From: Convolutriloba macropyga
Lineage: Eukaryota
NCBI RefSeq assembly: GCF_964194025.1
Contig: NC_134472.1
Span: forward strand, 2,108,001-2,172,000
Direction of reading: 5' to 3'
Length of the DNA stretch: 64,000 nucleotides
This document shows positions 1 to 12,600 of this stretch, one piece after another. The translations under genes were made by a program, and so were the position numbers. Within the stretch, counting starts at the first letter, position 1; every line of letters starts with the position of its first letter. The notes beneath the pieces are model-generated. The model had not been told where the DNA came from, did not search any database, and saw only the letters and a list, made by a program, of their open reading frames with translations.

Positions 1-2826
1 ACTGATCATAGAGCTCTTCTCTCAATCATGAGAGAAAACAGATCTAACAAATCATATAATAGTAGACTGACACGTTGGGTAGATCGTTTACTACTATTTG
101 ATTTCTTAATTGATCACCTTCCTGGCACAAAAATGGGATTAAGGATTATATCTCTCGCGACCCGCACCAACAAGCTGTTAATATATCTGCATATAACGAG
201 CAACTTATTGTAGCTAAATTGGATGTAATTAAACGCAGTGCGAAACGCTTCTAATTAAATGCCGAAAATTACGTCGATTTCGCAGCGCGAAATCCACCTA
301 CAAAAAGCGTCATAAATAATCCAAATTTCACTAATAACCTATGCCGTGAATTTGCACCGCCAATTCCAGAACATTCTACAAGTACGCAAATTGATAACCC
401 AATTAGCGATTTAACAATAAAGAAATTAAATTCCATCCCCAAAAACGAGACAACTAACATTCCTCACTCGCTTTTTGCCTTGAACAGACCCACTGAACAG
501 TCACTCTCTAATTTAAACAATTTCCAGCGAATCGCCACGAAATTCAAAAAAGTATACATGATGTCCCAATCAACTTCCGATGATGAAACGCTGATGACAG
601 TCAAACAATCGACTCCATCGAGAGTACGATTTGCAGAAGAGGGACCTTCAACAGCTCAAGCAGCACCCGTAACTCCAATAACGCCCACAACTGATACAAC
701 AGCCACTTCGCCGTCAGTAGACGACCTCTACCTGGACTCTTTCAACTTCGCGCTCTCCAAGATCTTCTCCAGCTCCCTAATGGCCAGCCTGACAACCAAG
801 GACGCGATTTTGAAAGAGATTCGCGACTGCATTCTTACGGACAACAAAGATAGATGTAAACAAATATCTCCTTTCATCCATTCCTTCTGGAAGGACCTGC
901 ATGTAAAGAACGGGTGGGTCTGCATAGATGACAGGGTTGCTCTTCCCCATGCGATCAAAGATGCCTATGTAGACGCCATCCACGCAACTCATCCTGGCAC
1001 ATGGGGGATGACTGATATGGCAACACACGCGTGGTGGCCATATATGCACAGAGACATAGCTACGAAAACTGCAAAGTGCATTCCCTGTGTCAAGATTGGT
1101 AAAAATTTAAAACCTATTATACCTGCAAATAAATGGGCACCAATAAAGTTATGTAAAGTTCCAAATGAAGAAATTCAAATTGATTTTGGAGGACCCATCT
1201 ATAATGAAAAAAATCAAGAGATTTATTTTCTTGCATGTATTGATCGATTTTCGAAATTCCCAAGAGCACAATTATTTGATAGAGCTAATGCAGATAATAG
1301 TTTAAAATTCCTTCAAGAGTATGTTTTGCTACACGGTATACCCTGTGCAATTAGATTGGATCAAGCTCGATGCCAAACGGGGCAACAAATTAAAGCATTT
1401 TGTAGTCAAAATAACATACAGCTAATCGAGGCGCCAATACACGATCACAGAGCAATTGGTTTGGTTGAAAGGCTAATTCAAACAATCAAGAATTGCTTAG
1501 CCTGTATTAAAACGGCGGCGCAAAATCAATTCAATGTGAAAGCTTCAATAAATTCAATAATTTATCAGCTAAGAATATGTCGTCAAAAGACTATTAATAT
1601 ATCACCATTTGAGGCACATTTTAGTAGAAAAGCGAATACGCCATTAAGCAATAAAACGACCAAACCAGACCCAAAAAGTTTAACTTAATAAAACATTTTA
1701 AACAAATTTTTAGATTTGGAGACTGTCAGATGGGACGAGCTCATCACAGACGATAACTGGAACAACGATGAGCGTAGCGACATTGAAATAGAGGTGAATA
1801 AGAACAAACTGGGCAAAGAGGCGATGAAACGGCAAAAGAAGGAACCGAAAAAGGAATCAGGATTGATTTCTCATTCAGATGTCGGACAATCTATACCCAG
1901 AACGGAAGCATCATTGGAGGTAAAGCTGGCGAAAAAGAGACCTCGCACGAAAAGATAAAAGAAAAGTCTCGATGGCTTATATGACGTCTTAGCACCAGGA
2001 TCGTCAGTAATCAAAAAAAACGAACATACTTCAGTCATTAAAGAACCTGGAAAGAGAGATGTGACAATCAGGAACTCGAATTTAGCAAAGTTTGGGACGA
2101 AGGCAAAACGTGACACAGAATTACAGGTGTACGCTAACCGACGCCCAAAATTACCAACGGGCAAAACAACTGAGGAGCTCATAAACCATCACGCAAAAGA
2201 ATCCAGAAAGAAGTTAGAAGGAGGGAAACGAATGAAGCATAGGAAAGTGGCAGATGACGTTAGTACAGTGTCGTCAATTCATTCTAATGTTACACGCGCC
2301 CACCGTGTAAGAATGCCAACAAAGCCCAAAAGACAACTGTCAACAGCGCCGCCAAATCAACCCACCGAATCAAGTAACGATCTCGCGGTGCCAATGGAAT
2401 TACCTACCACAAGCATTGTTATCGCGGAGCCACCTAGTAGGCCAAAGCGAAAAGCAGCTACAAAAGCATCTGTAGCATTAATTCCAACAACACGAAAGCG
2501 CTCTACAGTATCGGTCACAGAATCGGATGAATCTGCGACTTCAGTTCAAACTTGCCCTCCCACAACTTCAAGTACTGGAGCAATTGGGAAACAAAAAAAA
2601 ACGACAAAATATCATGAAACAACAGTTTGAGAATAAATCAATAATTTCTGCCATACAAACTGCCGCAGCACAGTCTAATCAAGAGGAAACTAATTTTACA
2701 GTCGGCCCATGTTCTCCAACAACCTCATACCCTACCCAATTCTATATCTCCCCCAATTACGAAGAACCAGAATTGTCGATGACAGTTGGCGAGGCTGAGA
2801 GATATTACGAAAGTGAGAGTGATTAA
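1..2826 (+). pseudogene. pol: Disrupted Gypsy pol (RNase H - long linker - integrase - GPY/F-like segment - low-complexity tail)
   Basis: ORFs 480-1688, 1716-1958 and 2061-2630 share one frame and are separated only by in-frame stops. Frameshifts occur near 140 and at the A-run around 2590-2600. Confidence 0.88.
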
Positions 2827-2948
2827 AGTACATTTCTCTAAAACTGTTGCGTTCAAAACTCTGATTAAAACATTACAGTATGAATTATTTTAACAAGTAC
2901 ATATGATTATTAATTTTCTGATAAATAACTTTGTTATTTATTTTCGCC

Positions 2949-2958
2949 AAAGGGGAAA
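2949..2958 (+). other. Polypurine tract of the Gypsy element
   Basis: AAAGGGGAAA lies immediately 5' of the TG that opens the LTR. Confidence 0.8.
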
Positions 2959-3469
2959 TGTGGTACAATAGTACATTTTTAGTTTGGGGCTATTGTTTGG
3001 TGTAGCTAAATTGGTTTATTTTATGTTTAATTTAATTTAGTTCATTTCATCCACCTTTATTTTGTTCATTCATTTAGTTCTAGTTTTGAAGATCGAATCT
3101 TATGTTTTCATACTTGTAAATTTGTTTACATCCTGTGCATGATTTTTTGTCTGTCACATTGTCTCGTGATTGTAAGTTGCCGCATTTAGAAATGTAATCT
3201 TATGAACAAATTGTTAATCACTTTTGTTAATTTTGTCTAAATTCATTCTCTTCATTTTCGCAATTCAAATTAGTTGACTCTCTCTTTAACTAGAATCCGA
3301 TTCGCCAAAGTCTTAATTTAGACGTATCAAACAAAAGTTTAGTATCTTTCGCTAAGCGAAATACCCTATAAATAAATGAAAGCGATTTCGTTACGCCAAA
3401 TCCGCCTAAATTCTGTAACCAGAATATTCAATCCACAAGCAACAAATAATAGCGTTGAATCGCACCACA
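2959..3469 (+). repeat. 3' LTR of the Gypsy element (~511 bp)
   Basis: Starts TGTGGT directly after the PPT and ends ACCACA (6-bp inverted termini). Contains TATAAAT/AATAAA near 3367-3376. The 5' LTR is not in the window, so the end cannot be confirmed. Confidence 0.7.
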
Positions 3470-4174
3470 ATATCACCACTAATTAGCCGCTGTAGAATAA
3501 GCTAATCGGTGCCGCGAATCAACTCATTCCTACAGATTGTAAATCTGTACGACAGAAATATTGACAAAAAAACACAAAGATGAAAGCTCAGAATCATATA
3601 TGTGAGTTTTTCATTATCGACACTCGGCGATATTGAAATTTTGGATTTCGCGGTGCTGAATCTGTTTCAGTTTGGCCTAATATAATTTTCGAAATTTCTT
3701 GTATTTTAGATTGGTGAGTTCGCAGAGCGAACTGCTATCAAATTTCACTACAGTTCAAGTACTAGGAATTTTCTAGAAATTTTACTAGCTTTTAGTTACT
3801 AGAAAAAATTCCTAGATTTCACATAAATCTTGAAATATACAGCACGTAAAAAAGATTAAACAATGGATATAAATCTGGGAAATTGATCATTACTGTTGTA
3901 ATTCAAAAGGAATGTAAAAATTTCGAGTATTGCGTAGATGCCACTTCGACGAGGAACACACATAAAGGTAGTGTGTAAAGTAATAAAATGTACTAAATTC
4001 AAATTGAAGAGAAAAACTGAAATTCTAAAATTGCATGAAAAAAGAACTCAGCTTCAAACTTTAACAGGAAATTCAAACCAAATCGTGTTGTCTCAATTGC
4101 TGCGGTGGGTTAATTCACTAATTAAGTTAAGATACTTGCCAGACGGAAGGTTTGATGTTGTTTTTTTTTACTGT

Positions 4175-6717
4175 CAGGGAGGAACTATATACTCAAATGA
4201 TTTTTTTTGTTCAGATAATTTTGGCCGAACGATATATTCGTCGTAGAAAGTGGAGACTGGTGTCATTAGAAAGCTCGTCCAGCGTAGAATTTGGAATTAA
4301 AAAGATATTTTTGATTTTCGTTTTTATAGGGAGTTATCGGGGTTTAAACTTTTGACAAAAAATAGAGTGAACAACGTTGAGTTCGTTCAAAATTTTCGAA
4401 ATTTTCGACTAAAATTTTGTCAATTTTGCAAGAATTTGAAATTTTTTAAAAAGAGTGTTGTTGATTTTATTTTTAAAGAAAAAAATATTGTCGACTGTTT
4501 TAATATAATTTTTTGTCAAAATTTCTGGCTAAATATTTCAAAACTCAGATTTTTTCATCAAAAACTGCACGAAATAAGTTTCTTTAGTCCAACACCATTA
4601 ACACAAACTTTGCAGACTCAAAAGGGGAATATGTCTACTTCAACTTCTTTTCAGAGTGTTCTGTAATTAAAACTTTGCTGTTTTTTACTAAATTTACTCG
4701 GTGATATTCAAAAACGCAGCATTTATTTTTTATTTTTTAACTAGCATATTTTCTATATCTATCTAATTCAAACAGATAAGTGTTCCCAATGGACAAAAAA
4801 TTTTAGCACGACAAATTTTGGACCAATCTTGGACTGTTACAGTCCAAAAATAATTCTTTTTAAAATTAAATTAGCCAATCTTTTTTATATCAACTAAAGA
4901 ACAGAACATTTCAAATCAAAGCCCAGTAGTGATAGGTCCAATTGGCTTCCTTAACAGCTCTAAATTAATGCATTTAGTGTTTTACTCGAAAACTTAGGGT
5001 CGTTTTTTGACTTCCAAAAACATTTCATTTCTAAATAAATAATGGCTTATTTTTGCCTATTTTTTCATAATTTTGTCAACTTGTAGCCTAGTGTCAGCAA
5101 ACAAAGAATGTTTTTTCTTTCTATTGATTTAAAGTTTATCTTCTATTGCAGTTCTACGCCTTATGTTATGGTTCTCTGGCTTTGATACTACTAGATTTCA
5201 CATTTTTTTTAATTTCAGGTATTTGCCCATTTTTCACGTTTTCTTGTTTTTTTTCCAATTATCACGTTATTGACAGTTCTTATATCACCCTATTGGGCGT
5301 TCAAAATAAGTCACAATTGATCATATTAAAATCCTTAGAGATACAAATTATGGTTTTAATGGCTTCGACACTACGTTCTCGAAGAATTTAATTGATTTTT
5401 TTATTTTTGTCTTTAACTGTCGTTTTTACTTTGTCTTTTTAGTCGTATGAAGTCTCCTGTAGAATGACCGGATTTAATTGGTTTTTCAAGGAAGAACAGA
5501 TAAGCCGAGATTCTGATGTTAGAGATAGCTGATGGCTTTCATGATTTTGAAAACAATTTTTTTCCAAATAAAACACTTCGCAATTTTGTTCCTCTTATTG
5601 TCTGTTTGTTACCTAGCATTGTTAATTACAGGTCAAATATGAAACTAATGGTGGCACGGGAGGGTGCCAAAAGTGATTGATGTTACAAAATCTAACGCTT
5701 TTAAAGTATTTTTCTTGACTTTATTGGCTTCGACACGCGTTTTCATAAAAAAAAGTTAAGTAATTTTTAATTTTTGTCCAGTTTCACGTTCTTTTTTTGA
5801 CTTAAGACATATTCTGCATAGATGCAGGTCTTAAAGGCTTCTTTGGAAGAACATATTAAATTATTTCTTGTGTAATTAATGGCTTTCAAGACTTTGGAAG
5901 TAATTTTTGTTTTCCGAAAAAAACAAGTATTAATTAATATCGCCATTTCTTTCTGTTTGTCTACCTTTTAGTTAGCTTCATTAATGAGAGGTCACATAGA
6001 ACATCGTAAGCGTCGTAAGAAGGTGCACTTGATATTTTGAGGGCCAAAGCATGGCTTTACGGCTTCGAAAGCGTTTTGGGGCAAGGTTTAATTGATTTTT
6101 CGTTTGTTGTCTATTTGTTGATCTTTTTGTAACCGCATAGAAAAATGAATACCGACAGTTCTTAATTCCCTCATATAGAAGCATTGTTAATAGTAAAGCT
6201 ATGGGATATTTTAGCTGATTTCTATTGGTTTTCATTACTTTGAGAATAATTGTTTTTTTTTAAAAAAAAAATGTTAATTTTTTCAACTTTACTGTTTTTG
6301 TTCTTTTTTGTCTAATTGTTAGCAAGCCTTATTGTGGACTGGTCCCATATCTTTTCCGGCAAATTACAAGTTGTTTAGTTTTATCTCATGCTATTTTTAT
6401 TTTTTTATTAAGGTTTGTTTTTTAAAACGGACATAAAGTTTTTGATTTAATTATTGTTTGTTGTTGTTTGATTTTGCTGATCGTCTTGACTCGATTTCTT
6501 AATATTAGCATATCTTATCAATCTAATGTATCACTTTTTACTCCACTGAGTTATTTACTTTGGAGACTATCTTTTCGTTCATAAACCAAATTTTGTTTGA
6601 ATACTTGAATTTTTGGGTTTTCCATCTGTTCCTCATTTGGTAGACAATTATGCCAAAACTGTAGATGAGCGGGGTCGGAACCTTATGTGCGACAGCACAT
6701 TACCGAGCTTCCTTGTT
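4175..6717 (+). mobile_element. Helentron/DINE-like non-autonomous rolling-circle element, copy 1 (5' end not resolved)
   Basis: 4179-4345 matches the conserved core at 32917-33095. The 3' end GAGCGGGGTCGGAAC + hairpin ATGTGC-GACA-GCACAT + ...CTTGTT matches 35843-35892 and the end of the 38-41 kb copy. The interior is a T-rich degenerate ~165-195 bp array. Confidence 0.6.
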
Positions 6718-7562
6718 AATATAATAGGTTAAATTGACAGAAAAAGATGGAAAAATTTTAGGTTGACATTCTTTGCAATGAAATCTATGTGTAAATAAAA
6801 TACTCAAGGCTAATAAACATGATAGCAGATAAATGTAACAGCAACTATAAGTTAAAAAGTATTACAAATAGCAAAACAGTTTGGAGATTTGAATTATCAG
6901 CAAACTATATAAGTCTTTACCTTAGTCACATATTTTTTAATGAAAAAAACAGCTATTTGATTTTATTTTAAATACAAGAGAATAACGTGATCAAGTTGGT
7001 GCGCAACCTATGCAACCTAGATTTTAATTCGCTGCAGCTGTTAAAATTTTTCTTTCATGCATTGCTTTTAACTAGAGACAGTATCAGTGTTAACAGTGTT
7101 CGAAGTAAAACGGCTCATTTAGATTCATGAAAACTGGTCACCGAATTAAAACTTGTTATTCGTAGAATAGCATTTTGTTTTATTCCAGGAAACCTTTATT
7201 AAAAAAGCAATTAGAATTTATCGTTTTTTGTTGGTTTTCTGCTTCGAATTCTTTTTTCGTCGTATTAACTCTATTAAAATTATTTTGTTAATTCGCTCTT
7301 TTTATCTGATGCGATCTTCATTATTTTAATTGAGTAATTTTATTCCCATTAAAAGTTTAGTTTGATCTACGAAGTTTGATCAGTGTAACAGCTTCACTGA
7401 TTATTAATGCAAACTAAGGGGTGAATTACGGGTGAAACATCACTCTGGGAAGAGCTGAAGTCCTGGGCAGTTACTTCATCTCTTTTTCGATCATTGAAGA
7501 AAGTTTTCAAACTTGTTGGCAATTCTTTTAAATTCATAATCAGCCCCCTCCCCCGTACTTAC

Positions 7563-7887
7563 TTGCATACCCATTGGTATCATCTGATACTTTTCAGAGG
7601 TCATAGTTGCATTTAGTACATGATCAATGAGATAAATGGACGGGACAGCAATACTCGCAACCAGTGTCACACTGTACAGCATTCTCCTCCTCTTCGTCGT
7701 GAGAATCGCTTTGGCCTGAACACCTCGACATATGATAATGTACCTCTCGAGAGCCAAAGCAATCATGAGAAATAACTGCGACCAGTAGGAGTAGTAGTCC
7801 GGAATGTATTTCAGGAGGGGATACAAATGGGACAAAGTCCCAGTAGCACCCTCAAACGGTTTTTGTATTCCGAGATCATACCCGAAA
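7563..7887 (-). CDS. Class-A (rhodopsin-like) GPCR, coding exon 3 (ECL1-TM3-ICL2-TM4-ECL2 start)
   Basis: Acceptor ttctatttacccag, then T TTC GGG...; encodes FGYDLG...IPDYYSYWSQLFLMIALALERYIIIC...MLYSVTLVASIAVPSIYL...MGMQ. The donor CAA/gtaagt is perfect. The ERY motif is followed by hydrophobic TM4. Confidence 0.88.
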
Positions 7888-9699
7888 CTGGGTAAATAGA
7901 AGTTTTTGCCAGCAGAAAAAAAACTTAATATATTCAGATTTGTTAAATTATTGATGTCTTTGCGCTAACGAACTTACAATCGGTTAAGCTATAACTCAAA
8001 AAACTATTTGAAATGAATACTTTTATATACTTTTCTAAAGGGTAAATAATATTAAGGTCAATCTGAGTGAGCCTTAAAAAATATAAGTTAAGTATAGCAT
8101 ATTTTTGCGCAGCTCCTAACCCTGGATAACATGGCTACTTTTTAGGAAACAAACGAATGTTAAACACTTTTCTTGAAAGTCTTGAGTTCCTGTCACAACA
8201 AAAAAACGTACACTTTCGCGAATGTAGCGTATTCTAAACACTCAGTAAACCCATGGTTGAGGTTCTAGTTTTCCGAGGATCCACACAAAAAACTTTCTGG
8301 GGCAGAACTAGGAAGACAATAATCAGTCACTACAATAAACTGGCTGAATATTGGCCGTTTTATCACGTTTTGATCCGGATTCGTCCAGAAAGACAAATCC
8401 ACCGAGACCAATTTGATCAATTCGATGTTCATTCGCCGAAACAAAAATTTGGAGAATTTTCCAAACGAATTTTTTATTTAAAACTCATTGCTCATCTTTC
8501 TTTTATTAAAACTTAAAACTTAAAACTAAGATCAATTTACCCAATATTAAATATGTATGGTTAATTTTATAGGAGAAATCAGTCTGATGTTCATTTCAAG
8601 CATGAAAAATTTTTTAATAGTTCATAACAATCATTCAATTCATCCAAAAATAGTTACATAATATTTCGATCAATTAGTTGGTATTATGCCTTTTATAACA
8701 CTTTGATTGAATTTGCAAAGCATTTAATTTGGATACAATAAAATCCTTAAAATCCTGTTTTGTTTATCAGCTCATTTTTCGCAAGTGCAATCTGGAATAC
8801 CGCATGTGAATAGCACATCTGAATAGCGCCTATATATTGTTTGTAACTTAGTAGAGGCTCTGGATTAGCGGAAAGCAAATGCCAATTCGGAAAATTTTTG
8901 CTTTTATCTTACAGCTCTGCCAAGCCTAACTCCCAGCTTTTTCGATTAACAACTAGCAACTATGCGAGCAAAAGAACCTCTGTTCAACGTCAAACCAACT
9001 TTCAAGATTGTAATGCCAACTGTAACCAATAATACTACCGAGTGCCCTAGCGAACAGACGAGAATTATAACTTATACCACGGCAAGCTTGTTTCTGTTCG
9101 GATTCATAAAGCTATACAAAGAAAAAGCGTTGAAACTTTTCTGGTCCGACGAGCGAGTTTATAGGATATACCTTGGAATTAGTGTAACAAAACGACGTTG
9201 TTAAGAACAGCTCACATTGGACATTAAACGCTCTATCATGGACCGTAGATAAGACTTCATAAGGCTAAGTTACAGTATCAAAAAAGCCTATCTCTTTTTT
9301 AAAAAAGCAGACAACTGCCAGATAACCAACTCCTCAGTAAATTTAAATTGATTAACTTATATGTACTGACAGGTTGATTGACCAGGGTCAGGGAACAAGA
9401 GTTTTGTAGTCGAAGAACAATATACGCCAGCTTTTTTTCGCTTTTTTTCTTGAACGGTGAAAAAATCAAATTAGGTAGTTTAAATTTTCGCCCGCTCTTT
9501 CGTTGTGTGACTAAGTGTAGTTTTTTAACGGGTTTTTTGTTCTTATTCGGGTTTTTGGAGGTGTTTTGCTTTAAATCTAGCAACGCCTACCAGAACATCT
9601 GTTATTACATCTCAAACGATAAACCACAGCCAAATAACAGAGAACCAAAAATCGCCATATCTAAAAATTCCCGTGAAAGCAGATGCAGTCAATCTTCTA

Positions 9700-12600
9700 A
9701 CCTCAGTGCAAATAACCGATGACATTTTTAGTACAGCATATGACATCCTGAGGAAAATTTACGACAAAAAAAACGACTGATTTAACGTGTGCATGTTCAA
9801 ACCATTGTTTAACGGAAACCAGTATCAAACGACACCCGAAAATAAATCGAGATCGAATGGAGACAGTGGAAGAGCACAGATTTGCCCTCAGCAAACTTGA
9901 ACAACCTGTTGTTGATGAAAACAACCTTTTTTGTATCAAAAAGCAGAGAAATTGCAAGCATAGACGAGAAAGTTTTTGGAAAATTTACCAACGGGAAGAG
10001 AACCCAACGTTATCGTGAAGTGGAAAACTTCATTGAAGGAAGAATACGCGCCATTGAGGCAGCCACACAGCAGCCACGATCAACTGTTCACAAGAATCCC
10101 ACAAGCAGCCCAAAACTTTGACAATTTCTTTCGCATGCAGCTACCTCTTTGCCTACAATTTTGTGACGAAAACCACAAAATTTAACAATGTCACAGTTTC
10201 AAGGCGCTTTCAGTCCAGGACTTAGCCCAGATGACAATGACAAAAGATATCTGCTTCAACCACTTACGCCCGTAACCTCACAATGAACAAAAATGATTCA
10301 ACATGTAAAAATTGCAAGGAGATACACAAAAAAACTATTACGATTCGGTGACAAAACAAGCCTAAGGAAAATCTCAACAGCATCAACGGTTACAAATGAC
10401 TGCAGAACACTACAGGAAGTTTTCAACCGAAAAACAATCGCAGAATGAGGAAGAAGGGGAAGTATTTCTTCAACGCAGATTCGTACCATAGGACAACAAC
10501 GATGAGAGAACTGAACTGAGTTCTATTATGGATTACGGATCTCAAAGTTTTAGAGGTACGCAACAGAAAAAAATGATTCAACATGACTCTCAAATCAGAG
10601 ATCAAGACTTTATCAGCATCAAAGCACTAATCAGAGAAAAAGTAGAAAAAGTAACGAGCAATCGGCCTCAGCATCACGTCAACGTCAGTGGTTGGACAAA
10701 ACTTCGAGACCTCTATCTTGCCGACAAAAACTTCTATCAATAATCTACTGTAGATTTGAATTGCGGAGCAGTTAACTATGAGGATTTGATGATTGGAACA
10801 ACAGAAAAAAGGAACCTCAAAAACCAAGTATCTATAGCCTTTTTTCGTTGGTTTGCTAGTGGTCGGTATTGAGATACGACCTTGGAAAAAGATCAATCAG
10901 GTTTAGTCTTTCTTCGTTTGTTCTGATCCCGAGAAATTACAGCAAATGTGCGAATTTGATGAAGTTCAAGCAACAACTAAGTGGACATCAGAGGGACGGA
11001 AATGAGTAGATCTTTTTCTCTAATACCACCAGAAATAACTCATTCATCCCTAATAATTCCAGAAACATATCAGGGAATGTTCCTCCTCCTTTTCAAAGAA
11101 GACAAAAATCCTTGGACGACTCCCAACAACAAACAAAAAGAAAACTATGGAAAATGTTTCGACTGCAGAAACACCCCGAGACCTACAACAGATACAGTCA
11201 TTTCATTAACGAGATCATTGGATATTTATAAGAAGTCACCGGATAGGTTTCGAATATTAGTCGCAAACAGCTCCTACTTAACGATACGTATTCGATGGTT
11301 CAACTAAGTAACGCATTGGAGTCGCCTGATGGTGATTTGATAGTGGTCGGCGAAAAGACCGCTTTGGTTGGTTTCATAGTGGTCGGCATTGAGATACGAC
11401 TTTGGAACAAAATCAGTCAAGTTTAGTCTCTCTTCGATTGTTCTGAACCAGAAAAACTACAGGAAGTCTACGAAATTGAAGAAAATCCAACAACAACTCA
11501 TTGGACATCAGAAGAAAAGAAGGGCAAAGATTTCTTCACTAGTACCACCAGGAACAATTCATTCTTGACTAATACCACTGGAAACAATTCAAGTACTTTT
11601 CGTCTTCCTTTTCAAAGAAGAAGAAAATCCCTGGATGCGTTCCAGCAGTTAACAAAAAAACTATAAGAACTAAAATGTTCCGACTGCAGAAACCGACTGC
11701 AGATCCAGAGACCTTAAAATAGATATATTCAGTTCATTAACGATTTTTTTGGATATATTTAGGAAGTCACCGCAAAAATTCCAAAAAAAGCTGCAAACTG
11801 CTTCTACTTGCCATACAACTGTGCTATTAAAAAGTCCAGCACCACAACTCAACTCAGCGACCAATTCGATGGCTCAACTAAGTAACGCACTGGAGTCACT
11901 TGATGGTGGCAGCTTACATTTTAAAAGATCTGTTTGGAGTTCTCATTCGCTTCCGATTTCAACAGGCTGCACTGTCAGCCAAAATTGACATAATTTAACA
12001 ATAAGTTCAGATGATTGATGAGGACGAGGATTTTCGTGGGATTTCATGAGAAAAATAGTTGACAAGGCGGTGAAATCTTAGAGAGCAACAAGAGTAACGG
12101 ATGGAGTATTGTCAAGTTTGTACCACTCCATTCGAACCCTCAAAGCCTTATCCGAGCGTTGGAGCAACAGCAACATCAAACTTGCCTTCAACAAAGACAT
12201 GTACTTGACGATTTGTTAATAGAGCCTCAGATTTAGAGCAGGTCTATCAAAGGCAGGACAAAATCATCGCAACACTTCAACTCGCTGGTTTCGGTGTTAA
12301 AAATGACATCGTTTTTTTACTTGTTGAGCGTTTACATTCCAAATATCGCTAAGCAGCGGTTGTTTACGCGCTACTTTGATGGAATGTACAAGTTAACGAG
12401 CACAAAATAACAGCAGGGACAAGTTTAGCTGCATACAAACTTTTGTGTATTCCATGTTTGGAATTTTGTTCAGCATTCATTAGAGCACAAGCAGAAAGAC
12501 AAGACACCAATGAGAGCCTATTCCCTGAGTCAACTGTCTTCGCGAGGGCGGATTCAAAAATGATCCTCAGGTGGATCAAATATTTACCAGAAAATTGGAA

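Larger units (their letters stand above)
1..3469 (+). mobile_element. Ty3/Gypsy LTR retrotransposon, 3' part (RNase H end, integrase, PPT, 3' LTR); 5' part lies outside the window
   Basis: Frame 1 reads TDHRALLS...RLTRWVDRLL (RNase H C-terminus). It is followed by integrase HHCC (HATHPG...CIPC) and core (QIDFGGP, CIDRFSKFP, RLDQARC, GLVERLIQTIK). The RH-then-INT order is Gypsy-type. A purine tract precedes a TGTGGT...ACCACA LTR. Confidence 0.93.

Noticed and set aside
6780-6900. Hydrophobic minus-strand stretch considered as GPCR TM5 exon
   Set aside because: It has stops in the plausible frames and no convincing TM5 motif.
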